Assembly: GCA_937891735.1 (NCBI GenBank) | Contig: CALAGR010000207.1 | Location: 8,972 to 72,971 of the forward strand | DNA from: an uncultured Pseudomonadota bacterium | GTDB lineage: Bacteria; Myxococcota_A; UBA796; UBA9615 | DNA length: 64,000 nt | Reading direction: 5' to 3' | Shown: one piece after another, positions 34,072-42,997 of the stretch | Position numbering within the stretch: position 1 is the first letter of the stretch | How the letters are laid out: each line of letters begins with the position of its first letter | Position numbers and translations under genes: made by a program | The notes under the pieces: model-generated | The model's database searches: none | What the model was told of the DNA's origin: nothing | What the model saw: only the letters and a program-made list of their open reading frames with translations

Positions 34072-34105
34072 TCGAAGGGGAGGGTGCCGAGGCACTCTCC
34101 CCTTC
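34072..34105 (+). terminator. very stable intercistronic hairpin between the two giant paralogs (no T-tract)
   Basis: CGAAGGGGAGGGTGC-CGAG-GCACTCTCCCCTTCG forms a 15-bp stem (one G-U pair) with a tetraloop. It starts 21 nt after the gene 1 stop and lies 68 nt before the gene 2 ATG. Confidence 0.4.
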
Positions 34106-34172
34106 GCACTTGGGGGACCGGCGCGCTGGGCACATGTCCTCCAAGAAGGTACAAAGCTTGGCGGAGAGACCC

Positions 34173-37100
34173 ATGAAGATCAGGTGCGCGCTCGCTGTCG
34201 CCCTCACGGTCCTGGCGCCCGGGCTCGCGGCCGCCCAGGCCGGGGGCTCCGACTCCTTCGGCAACCTCTTCGCCTCGAGCGCCTACGACTTCGTGCCGCT
34301 GGACGGCTCGACGGGGGTCACGGGCACCGCGTTGAGCCTGACGGTGAACGGGCAGGCGGACGTGGCCCTCCCTTGGGCGTTCCCGTTCTACGGAGGCGCC
34401 TACAACGCCGTGTCCGTCTCGGCGAACGGCGGCCTGCGCTTCCAGACGGGGGCAACGGTGGCCGGCACCAACCAGCCGATCCCGTCCGCCACCGGGTCCA
34501 TCCCGGACGTGGCGGTGTTCTGGGACTTCCTGGACCCCACCGCGGGCGGAGCAGTGCGGTGGTTCGATGACGCCGGCGCGGGGCGGTTCATCGTGTCGTG
34601 GGAGGGCGTGCCCCACTTCGGTGGCTTCGGCGCAGTGTCGGTCCAGGTGCACCTGTTCCCGGACGGCGGAATGCGCCTGCACTGGCAGGACACGCTGTTC
34701 GGCAACTCGATCTACGACGCCGGCGCGAGCGCGACGGCGGGGATCCAGGACGTGGTCGGGGGCACCTGGACGTCCGGGAACGCCCTGCAGGTCAGCTTCG
34801 ACGCGCCCAACCTCGCGAGCGGGACGTCCGTGTACATCGGCGCCTGCGGGGGGGACGTGGACGGCGATGGGTTCGTGGCGACGGCGTGCGGGGGCGGCGG
34901 GCTGGACTGCGACGACTTCGATCCCGCCGTGTCGCCCGTTGCGACGGAGACGTGCGACGACGGCCTCGATCAGGACTGCGACGGCGCGGATCTCCTGAGC
35001 GACGCCGACGCGGATGGGGCGCTGTCCACCGCGTGCGGGGGCGCTGACTGCGACGACTCGGACGCCCTGGTGTGGCCCGCGGCGGTCGAGGTGTGCGGCG
35101 ACGGCGTCGACAACGACTGCGCGCCGGGGACCATCGACCTGTTCGACGCAGACGGGGACGGCTCGGACTGCGTGGCCGACTGCAACGACTCCGACGCCGC
35201 CGTGGCCCCCGGCCTGCCGGAGATCTGCGACGACGGCCTCGATCAGGACTGCGACGGCGCGGACGTCGTGGGCGACTCGGACGCCGACAGCTACACCAGC
35301 CTGCCCTGCGGAGGCACCGACTGCGACGACGCCAACGCCTCGGTGAACCCCGCGGTGGACGCGGACGGGGACGGCTCGGATGCCTGCGCGGACTGCGACG
35401 AGACGGATCCCCTGGTGCTGCCCGGGGGCGTCGAGATCTGCGACTCCCTGGACACGGACTGCGACGGGCTGGACGACTCGCTGGATCTCGACATCAACTC
35501 CGCCGCGAGCATCACCAACTCGTACCCGGACAGCTCGGGTCTGGACCTGGACGGCTCCAGCACCGGCACCACGGTCTTCAGCATCGCCCGGACGGTGGTC
35601 GGCCCCGGAGGCCCGATCGTCGATCTGGACCTGTACCTGAGCATCATCCACTCCGCGCCGGGCACGCTGGACATCAGCCTGACCTCGCCGGCCGGCACGA
35701 CCGTGCTGCTGACGAGCGGCAACGGCGGGCTTGGGGTCGGCTTCGGCAACCCCACCTTCGACGACGAGGCCGCGGTGGCGGTGTCCGCGGTCGGCGCGCC
35801 GTTCTCAGGCAACCTGCAGCCCGACGGCCTGCTCAGCAACTTCGATGGCGAGGACTCCAGCGGGACGTGGACGCTGACGGTGGTGGACACCGTGGCGGCG
35901 ACCGACGACGGCACGCTGACCTTCTGGCAGCTCAACGTCACCACCCAGTCCGGGGACGACTCGGACGGGGACGGGTACGTCGACTCCTGCGGCGACTGCA
36001 ACTCGAGCGACGCTGCCATCAACCCGGGAGCCGCGGAGGTCTGCGGCGACGGCGTCGATCAGGACTGTGACGGCGCCGATCTTCCGAGCGACGCGGACGG
36101 AGACGGGTTCGACGACCTCGTGTGTGGCGGCACCGACTGCGACGACACCTCCGCGGCGGTGAACCCGACGGTGGGTGAGGTGTGCGACGACGGCGTGGAC
36201 AACGACTGCACGGCGGGCACGCTGGACCTTTTCGACGCCGACGGAGACGGAGCGGACTGCGCCGCCGACTGCGACGACGGGAACGCCTTCGTCGGACCCG
36301 CTGCGGTGGAGGTGTGCGACGACGGCATCGACAACGACTGCGACGTGTCCACGTTGGACCTGTTCGACGCGGACGGCGACGGGGCGGACTGCTCGACCGA
36401 CTGCGACGACACCGACGCGAGCGTGTTCCCCGGCGGGATCGAGGTGCTCTGCTCGGGGGTCGACGAGGACTGCGACGGAGCGACGTCCGACATCGGGGAC
36501 GCCGACGGGGACGGCGCGGACTGCACGCTGGACTGCGACGACTCCGATCCGCTGACCTACCCCGGCGCCCTCGAGTTCGTGTGCGACGGCATCGATCAGG
36601 CCTGCGACGGGCTCGGGTCCGAGGTGGACGCGGACGGCGACGGCGTGCCGCAGTGCCAGGCGGACTGCGACGACGGCGACCCGACGATCTTCCCGGGCGC
36701 CCCGGAGCTGTGCGGGGACGGCATCGATCAGGACTGCGACGGGGTCATCGACGAGTCGGCCAACGGCGTGTACTCGCTCGGTGATGACGACGTGGTGACC
36801 TTCGAGATCTGCTCCTTCGTGTTCCCCTTCTGCGGCCAGGGCTTTGACTCCGTGTCCCTGCAGAGCAACGGCCGCCTGACCTTCGGCGACTCGGGCGGGC
36901 TCGGGTTCGACGACGGGAGCGGGGCCGACTCCACCTCCGCGGGCTCCGTCAGCGACCTGCTCGGCGAGGCGCCGCAGATCGCCTTCCTGTGGGGCGACCT
37001 CGATCCCGGCTTCGGCGGGACCATCTCGGTCCTCGAGAACGAGAGCGCGGGCACCTTCTCGGTCACGTTCACGGGCATCACCCAGTCCCCGGACTGGGGC

Positions 37101-38345
37101 AGCGCGAGCGCCGGGCCCAACACCGTGACGGTGACCCTGTCCAGCGTGGGCGTGGCGAGCCTGGACTACGGGTTCCTGTCGGCGGACGTGGCCCTCGTCG
37201 GCTGGGCCTGCGGCTCCGGGGGCACCGTGTCCGAGGTGGACCTGAACGATCCCGACCAGCCTGCCGCTGCGTCGCGCGTGGGCACGGGCACGGAGGATGC
37301 GCTCTACGAGCACTTCGTCGGGGCCGCGAACGGCGGCGACAACCTCGATCTGCAGGGCCTGACGGTGGAGCTCTGCCTGACGGGCGGGGTCGATGGGGAC
37401 GCGGACGGGTGGACCGACCTGTGCGGCGACTGCGATGACGGGGCGCCCACGGTCTTCCCGGGCGCCCAGGAGCTGTGCGACGGGCTGGATCACGACTGCG
37501 ACACGGACGCCGACGACGCCGACGACGACGGCGACGGCTACGTCTCCGCCGCCTGCGGCGGGTCCGACTGCGACGACGCGGATCCGGCCGTCAACCCGGC
37601 CCAGTTCGAGATCTGCGACGGCCTGGACAACGACTGCGACGGCTCGCCGGAGACCGGCGGCGAGGATGACGACGCCGACGGCTGGCTGGTGTGCGGCGGC
37701 GACTGCGACGACGGCGACGCGGCCGTCAACCCCGACGCCGAGGAGACCTGCAACGAGGTAGACGACAACTGCGACGGCGACGTGGACGAGGGCTGGAACC
37801 GCGACAACGACGCCGACGGCACGATCAACCCCCTCTGCGGAGGCGACGACTGCGACGACTTCGACAGCGACGTGTCGCCCATCACCGTGGAGTTCTGCGA
37901 CGGCAAGGACAACGACTGCTCGGGGGTCGTTGACGACGTGGACGCGGACGGCGACGGCTACCTGAGCGCGGAGTGCGGGGGCGACGACTGCAACGATCTG
38001 CGTCCCACCACGTGGCCCGGCGCGCCCGAGGAGTGCGACGGCACCGACACCGACTGCAACGGCGTGGACAACGACGTCGACCTGGACGGTGACGGCGGCA
38101 TCGACGCGAACTGCGGCGGCGACGACTGCCACGACGGCGACCCGACCATCAACCACGCCGCCACCGAGGTGTGTGACGACGGGGTCGACAACGACTGCAA
38201 CGGCGGCACCGACCAGGGCGGCGGCGATCTCGTGGCTGATCCGCTGTGCACCGGGTGCCAGTGCGAGAGCACGGTCGCCGGGACCGGCGGCCTGCCCGCC
38301 TTCTGGCTCTTCCCCCTGCTGCTGCTGGTCCGACGGCGCCGGTGA
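34173..38345 (+). CDS. giant secreted Cys/Asp-repeat protein, paralog of the upstream gene (one P-domain, two NIDO-like modules, MYXO-CTERM-like tail)
   Basis: The ATG at 34173 follows GGAGAG and gives the signal MKIRCALAVALTVLAPGLAAAQA (alternative ATG at 34134). The N-terminus parallels gene 1 (LPWAFPFYG, FIVSWEGV). About 17 repeats by hand count. Tail CTGCQCES...FWLFPLLLLVRRRR. Confidence 0.85.
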   Translation: MKIRCALAVALTVLAPGLAAAQAGGSDSFGNLFASSAYDFVPLDGSTGVTGTALSLTVNGQADVALPWAFPFYGGAYNAVSVSANGGLRFQTGATVAGTNQPIPSATGSIPDVAVFWDFLDPTAGGAVRWFDDAGAGRFIVSWEGVPHFGGFGAVSVQVHLFPDGGMRLHWQDTLFGNSIYDAGASATAGIQDVVGGTWTSGNALQVSFDAPNLASGTSVYIGACGGDVDGDGFVATACGGGGLDCDDFDPAVSPVATETCDDGLDQDCDGADLLSDADADGALSTACGGADCDDSDALVWPAAVEVCGDGVDNDCAPGTIDLFDADGDGSDCVADCNDSDAAVAPGLPEICDDGLDQDCDGADVVGDSDADSYTSLPCGGTDCDDANASVNPAVDADGDGSDACADCDETDPLVLPGGVEICDSLDTDCDGLDDSLDLDINSAASITNSYPDSSGLDLDGSSTGTTVFSIARTVVGPGGPIVDLDLYLSIIHSAPGTLDISLTSPAGTTVLLTSGNGGLGVGFGNPTFDDEAAVAVSAVGAPFSGNLQPDGLLSNFDGEDSSGTWTLTVVDTVAATDDGTLTFWQLNVTTQSGDDSDGDGYVDSCGDCNSSDAAINPGAAEVCGDGVDQDCDGADLPSDADGDGFDDLVCGGTDCDDTSAAVNPTVGEVCDDGVDNDCTAGTLDLFDADGDGADCAADCDDGNAFVGPAAVEVCDDGIDNDCDVSTLDLFDADGDGADCSTDCDDTDASVFPGGIEVLCSGVDEDCDGATSDIGDADGDGADCTLDCDDSDPLTYPGALEFVCDGIDQACDGLGSEVDADGDGVPQCQADCDDGDPTIFPGAPELCGDGIDQDCDGVIDESANGVYSLGDDDVVTFEICSFVFPFCGQGFDSVSLQSNGRLTFGDSGGLGFDDGSGADSTSAGSVSDLLGEAPQIAFLWGDLDPGFGGTISVLENESAGTFSVTFTGITQSPDWGSASAGPNTVTVTLSSVGVASLDYGFLSADVALVGWACGSGGTVSEVDLNDPDQPAAASRVGTGTEDALYEHFVGAANGGDNLDLQGLTVELCLTGGVDGDADGWTDLCGDCDDGAPTVFPGAQELCDGLDHDCDTDADDADDDGDGYVSAACGGSDCDDADPAVNPAQFEICDGLDNDCDGSPETGGEDDDADGWLVCGGDCDDGDAAVNPDAEETCNEVDDNCDGDVDEGWNRDNDADGTINPLCGGDDCDDFDSDVSPITVEFCDGKDNDCSGVVDDVDADGDGYLSAECGGDDCNDLRPTTWPGAPEECDGTDTDCNGVDNDVDLDGDGGIDANCGGDDCHDGDPTINHAATEVCDDGVDNDCNGGTDQGGGDLVADPLCTGCQCESTVAGTGGLPAFWLFPLLLLVRRRR

Positions 38346-39097
38346 CGGCTGCGGGGACCGACTACGACGCCCTGTGGCGCGGGGCCTGGAAGGAGGCGGC
38401 GGCGTTCGGGCCGGGCTTCCGCTCCAGGTACGCGACGCTGCTCCGGCTGATGGGCGCGTTCGGCGCCGCCGGCCGCTTCATCGAGTTCGGCGCGGGCCGG
38501 GGCTCGTTCCTGCCCCTGGTCGCCGAGCGGTTCCCCTGGCTGGAGCTGTCCGCCCACGAAGACAGCGCCGCCGCGCTGGAGGTGCTGCGGGGCCTGGAGC
38601 GGCTCCACAGCGTGCACAGCGGCTTGCTCGACGAGAGCCTGGACCTGGGTCGGGCGTTCGACGTGGCGGTCTGCAGCGAGGTGCTGGAGCACATCGAGGA
38701 CGACGGCGCGGCCCTGGATGCGCTCATCCGGCACCTGCGGCCGGGTGGCCGGCTCTACCTGAGCGTGCCCCTGCGCCCGGATCTGTGGACCCGCGTGGAC
38801 CAGGAGGTCGGTCACCAGCGGCGCTACGAGCGGGGGCGGCTCGCGGCGATGTGTCGTGACCGGGGCCTGGAGGTCCTGGCCGACCGCGCGACCGGCTTCC
38901 CCCTGTACAACACCTACTACCGGGTGCTCGGGACAAAGAGCCCCGCGCAGACCGCGAGCACCGCCAACCACGGCCTGCGTGGTCGCTTGCTGGCCGGTGC
39001 GCTGGGGCGCGCGTTCTCCATGGAGACGCTCGTGTCCACGCCCTGGGGCGGACGGGGCTTCGTCGCGGCGCGCAAGAAGGTGGGCAGGTTGCAGTGA
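38342..39097 (+). CDS. class I SAM-dependent methyltransferase
   Basis: Motif I FIEFGAGRGSF and the post-I/II segment VAVCSEVLEHIEDD...LRPGGRLYLSVP are present. The GTG overlaps the giant gene 2 stop (GTGA). Confidence 0.8.
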   Translation: MTAAGTDYDALWRGAWKEAAAFGPGFRSRYATLLRLMGAFGAAGRFIEFGAGRGSFLPLVAERFPWLELSAHEDSAAALEVLRGLERLHSVHSGLLDESLDLGRAFDVAVCSEVLEHIEDDGAALDALIRHLRPGGRLYLSVPLRPDLWTRVDQEVGHQRRYERGRLAAMCRDRGLEVLADRATGFPLYNTYYRVLGTKSPAQTASTANHGLRGRLLAGALGRAFSMETLVSTPWGGRGFVAARKKVGRLQ

Positions 39098-40011
39098 GCC
39101 AGCCGGAGCCGATCCTGCAGGTCCGCGCGGTGAGCAAGTCCTTCCGGGACACGCTGGCGGTGGACGGGGTGACCTTCGACGTGGCGGCGGGCGAGGTGTT
39201 CGGGCTGCTTGGGCCCAACGGCGCGGGCAAGACCACGCTCATCCGGATCATGCTCGACATCTATCGGCCCGACTCGGGCTCCGTGAGCATCTTCGGTCAC
39301 CCCATGCAGCGGGCCGACCTGGACCGCCTCGGCTATCTGCCGGAGGAGCGCGGGCTGTACCGCAAGCGCCGCGTGATCCAGGTGCTCGGCTACCTGGGGC
39401 GCCTCAAGGGGCTCGGCGCCCACGGCGCGGTCGAGTCCGCGGATCGGTGGCTCGCGCGGCTACAGATGCAGGGCTACCGGGACAAGAAGATCGAGTCCCT
39501 CAGCAAGGGCAACCAGCAGAAGGTCCAGCTGATTGGGACCCTGCTGGGGGACCCTGCGGTGCTGGTCTGGGACGAGCCGTTCAGCGGGCTCGATCCCGTC
39601 AACGCCAACCAGGTGCGGGACCTGCTGCTCGAACTCAAGCAGGGCGGCACCACCATCATCCTGTCCACGCACCTCATGGCCCAGGCCGAGGCCCTGTGCG
39701 ACCGGGTGGGGCTCATCAGTCGCGGGCGCATGGTGCTGTGTGGGCCTACGCCGCAGGTGCGGGAGCGCTACGGAGGAAGCCAGACGGTGATCGTGACGGA
39801 CGCCGTGCTGGATGCGTCCTGGGCGGAGGTCGCCGAGGTCCTGCAGGTCACCGAGGTGCCGGACGGGCGCCGCTACCTGCTCTGTCTGGCGGAGGACTCG
39901 TCGCCCGAAGCGCTCGCCCGGACCCTGCTGGAGCGCGGCAACCGCCTGCACGAGCTCCGCCTGCACAAGCCCTCCCTGGAGGAGGTCTTCCTCCGGGCGG
40001 TGAGGCAATGA
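39094..40011 (+). CDS. ABC transporter ATP-binding protein (ABC-2/NatA-like)
   Basis: Walker A GPNGAGKTT, signature LSKGNQQKV and Walker B LVWDEPFSGLD are present. The GTG overlaps the methyltransferase stop. Confidence 0.9.
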   Translation: MSQPEPILQVRAVSKSFRDTLAVDGVTFDVAAGEVFGLLGPNGAGKTTLIRIMLDIYRPDSGSVSIFGHPMQRADLDRLGYLPEERGLYRKRRVIQVLGYLGRLKGLGAHGAVESADRWLARLQMQGYRDKKIESLSKGNQQKVQLIGTLLGDPAVLVWDEPFSGLDPVNANQVRDLLLELKQGGTTIILSTHLMAQAEALCDRVGLISRGRMVLCGPTPQVRERYGGSQTVIVTDAVLDASWAEVAEVLQVTEVPDGRRYLLCLAEDSSPEALARTLLERGNRLHELRLHKPSLEEVFLRAVRQ

Positions 40012-41393
40012 GCGGCCGCATCGGCAGGCGCCGGGTGCTGACGGTCGCGCGGCGGGAGTTCCTGGCCACCGTCAGCAGGCCCGGCTACCTCGCCACCCTC
40101 GTGCTCATGCCCCTGCTGATGGCCCTCATCGGGGTCCTGCCCGCGGTGGGCATCGCGCTGTCGGGCGGGGCCGAGGCCCTCATCGGGCTCAAGGGCGGAG
40201 GACGGATCAACGTGATCGGTCTGGTGGATGAGGGCAACGTGGTCAACGCGGACGCGCTGGCCTGGCACAACACCGACCAGGAGGCCGCCGCGCAGCAGGG
40301 CCGCCGTCCGCAGGTGCAGAGCGAGCTGCCGGAGTTCATTCGCTCCCGGACCGACGCGGATCGGGACCACGGCGGGTTCGACAGCAACTGGCGGCTGCAG
40401 CTCGAGCTCCTGCCGGATCGCGCCGCGGGCCGGGACGCCGTGTCCAACGGGCGCGTGGCGGCGGTGTGGGTCATCGAGGCGGACTGGATGGACTCCTCCG
40501 CGGTGACCGTCCTCGTGCCGAAGCAGAGCCCACTGGGCAAGGGGCTGCAGCCGGGGCGCACGGCGGTCGCGCGCCTCCTGCGGAGCTCGCTGGCCCGCCC
40601 GTACATCAGCGATCCGCGGATCCAGGCCCGGCTCCTCCAGGTGATGGAGGCCGCGAACGAGGAGGTGGCGGCCCCCGGCGCGGCGCCCGAGCCCGAGGAA
40701 GGGTCACCGTGGCAGGAGGGGCTGGCGCTCATCGTGCCGCTGCTGTTCGCGAGCTTCTTCTCCATGTCGATCTTCATCGCGTCGGGCTATCTGCTCGACG
40801 GCATCGGCGAGGAGAAGGAGAACCGCGTCCTGGAGGTGCTGCTGGCGAGCCTGACGCCGGAGGAGCTCCTCGCCGGCAAGATCCTCGGCCTGGGAGGAGC
40901 GGGACTGCTCCAGTCTTCGGTCATCGCGGTGATCGGCCTGCTGCCGATGGTCGCCCTGGGTCTCATGGCCATGGGGTTCGGCAAGATCCTGGCGATGCTG
41001 GCGTGCGCGGCCCTGGGCTACGCGGAGTACGCCTCGATCATGGCGGCGAGCGGGGCGGTGGCGGGGAATCGCCACGAGGGCCGGCAGATCAGCGCGGGCT
41101 TCTCGTTGCTCGCGGCCTCGCCCATGTTCCTGTTCCCGGTGTTCATGAGCAACCCCGACGGCACCGCGGCGGTGGTGATGAGCCTGCTCCCGCCGACCGC
41201 CCCCATCGCGATGATCTTGCGGCTGGGCCTGGGCACGCCGCCGGCCTGGCAGCTCGCCCTGGCCTTCATCGGGATGGCGATCAGCGGGTGGATGTCGTGG
41301 CGCGTGGGGTCGCGGGTGTTCCGCGTCGCGATCCTCTTGACCGGCGCGCGGCCCCGCATCGGGCAGATCTGGCAGTGGGTGCGCGGGCAGTGA
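40008..41393 (+). CDS. ABC-2 family permease (NatB-like, large extracytoplasmic loop)
   Basis: The ATG overlaps the ATPase stop (ATGA). An N-terminal TM helix is followed by a ~200-aa soluble loop and then about 5 C-terminal TM helices. Confidence 0.8.
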   Translation: MSGRIGRRRVLTVARREFLATVSRPGYLATLVLMPLLMALIGVLPAVGIALSGGAEALIGLKGGGRINVIGLVDEGNVVNADALAWHNTDQEAAAQQGRRPQVQSELPEFIRSRTDADRDHGGFDSNWRLQLELLPDRAAGRDAVSNGRVAAVWVIEADWMDSSAVTVLVPKQSPLGKGLQPGRTAVARLLRSSLARPYISDPRIQARLLQVMEAANEEVAAPGAAPEPEEGSPWQEGLALIVPLLFASFFSMSIFIASGYLLDGIGEEKENRVLEVLLASLTPEELLAGKILGLGGAGLLQSSVIAVIGLLPMVALGLMAMGFGKILAMLACAALGYAEYASIMAASGAVAGNRHEGRQISAGFSLLAASPMFLFPVFMSNPDGTAAVVMSLLPPTAPIAMILRLGLGTPPAWQLALAFIGMAISGWMSWRVGSRVFRVAILLTGARPRIGQIWQWVRGQ

Positions 41394-41443
41394 GTGCTCC
41401 CCGCCCGCCGGTGCTCCACGCCCGGCCCCGCTAGAATCAAGCG

Positions 41444-42997
41444 ATGGCGCTCAATTCCCGCGGCACCGGGTTCCTCGCGGACCAGATGCTCGACCGTTTC
41501 CGGCTGCAGAAGCTGCTGGGACGTGGTGCGTTCGGCCAGGTCTGGCTGGCCGTCGATGAGGGCGGGTACGGCTTCCAGAAGCAGGTGGCGCTCAAGATCC
41601 TGACCGAGGTGCACAAGCCCCGTCGGGTCGAGGCGCTGATGCGGGAAGCCCGGATCTGCGGCGGTCTGCATCACCCCCACGTGATCGACGTGTACGGCGT
41701 GGGGCAGGTCGATGGCGCCGTGTTCATCGTGATGGAGTACGTGGAGGGCGAGACCCTCGCGGCGCTCTGGAAGGACCTCGACTTCCTCGGCGTGAAGTTC
41801 CCCAAGTCCGTGGTCTGTGACCTGGGGATCGCCGTGGCCGAGGCGCTGCACCACGCCTGGACCGCCAAGGACGCCGAGGGGCGGACCCTGGGCATCGTGC
41901 ACCGGGACCTGAAGCCCGCCAACATCATGGTCAGCAACCGCGGGGTGGCCAAGGTCGGCGACTTCGGGGTCGCCAAGGCCCTGCCAGAGCCGTCGCACAC
42001 CTTCTCGGGCCGGCTGAAGGGCACGCCGTCCTACCTCGCCCCGGAGGTGTGGCAGGGCAGCCGCGAGTTCAAGGCCGCGGTGGACCTGTTCTCCCTGGGA
42101 GTGATCCTGTGGGAGCTGGTGTGCGCGAAGCGCTACTACGGCGCGGTCAAGATCACCGACATCTTCGAGATCGTGAACCGCCGCACCGCGGCCGAGGAAG
42201 CGGCCCTGGTGGCGCTCCGCTTCGAGCCCATGGGCCCGGTGGTGGAGCGCCTGCTGCAGCGCGACCCCCACGACCGCTACCAGTCGGCCCTCGATGTCGC
42301 CGAGGACCTTCGGCGGATCCGGCAGGATCTGGGCCCCGCAGGGGACCTCCAGCAGTTCATGCGGCTCGTGCGCTCGGGCCGGATCGATCCGTCGGATCGC
42401 ATGAACTCCCTGCTGCAGCTCCCGGCCCTTCCGGCGCAGGCGATGGACTGGCTGCCCCTGCTGGAGATCGCCTCGGAGGCGGGGGTGCAGACCAGCGAGG
42501 ACATCGAGGTGGTGACCGAGGGGCCGAGGCAGCTGGGTCCGTCGGTGGCGGACGTGCCGGCGCCCCGGGAGGCCGCGCCCGAGCCTGTGGCCGCGCCCGA
42601 GCCCGTGGCCGCGCCTGAGCCCGAGCAGGTCCCACCTCCCCCGGCTGCCCCCGTGCAGGACGACTCGGCCGAGAGCGTCGAGACCGAGAAGGCCCCCGTG
42701 ATGAAGGAGGGGCCCCGCAGCCAGCCCATCACGGCCGCCGATCTCGCGAAGCCCTGGTCGCCGCTCCCCCTGGATGCCCACCCGGCCCAGATCGCCCCCG
42801 CCGCTGGCCCCGTCGTTCCCGCCGTCGCTCCCGAGCTCGCCGCTCCCGAGCTCGCCGCTCCCGCGCCGCTCTTCTCCGGGTACGGGGTCGCTCCGGAGCC
42901 GCAGCGGCAGGTCCCACCCGCTCTCTGGTTCCTCGGGGGCGGCGTCCTTCTCTTGCTCGGAGTGGTGCTTTGGCTCGTCTCGATGCTGCGTTCCTGA
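41444..42997 (+). CDS. Hanks-type Ser/Thr protein kinase with a Pro-rich linker and C-terminal TM anchor
   Basis: Kinase motifs GRGAFGQV, VALKIL, HRDLKPANIMV, DFG and PSYLAPE are present. PEPVAA tandem repeats precede a terminal hydrophobic helix. Confidence 0.9.
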   Translation: MALNSRGTGFLADQMLDRFRLQKLLGRGAFGQVWLAVDEGGYGFQKQVALKILTEVHKPRRVEALMREARICGGLHHPHVIDVYGVGQVDGAVFIVMEYVEGETLAALWKDLDFLGVKFPKSVVCDLGIAVAEALHHAWTAKDAEGRTLGIVHRDLKPANIMVSNRGVAKVGDFGVAKALPEPSHTFSGRLKGTPSYLAPEVWQGSREFKAAVDLFSLGVILWELVCAKRYYGAVKITDIFEIVNRRTAAEEAALVALRFEPMGPVVERLLQRDPHDRYQSALDVAEDLRRIRQDLGPAGDLQQFMRLVRSGRIDPSDRMNSLLQLPALPAQAMDWLPLLEIASEAGVQTSEDIEVVTEGPRQLGPSVADVPAPREAAPEPVAAPEPVAAPEPEQVPPPPAAPVQDDSAESVETEKAPVMKEGPRSQPITAADLAKPWSPLPLDAHPAQIAPAAGPVVPAVAPELAAPELAAPAPLFSGYGVAPEPQRQVPPALWFLGGGVLLLLGVVLWLVSMLRS

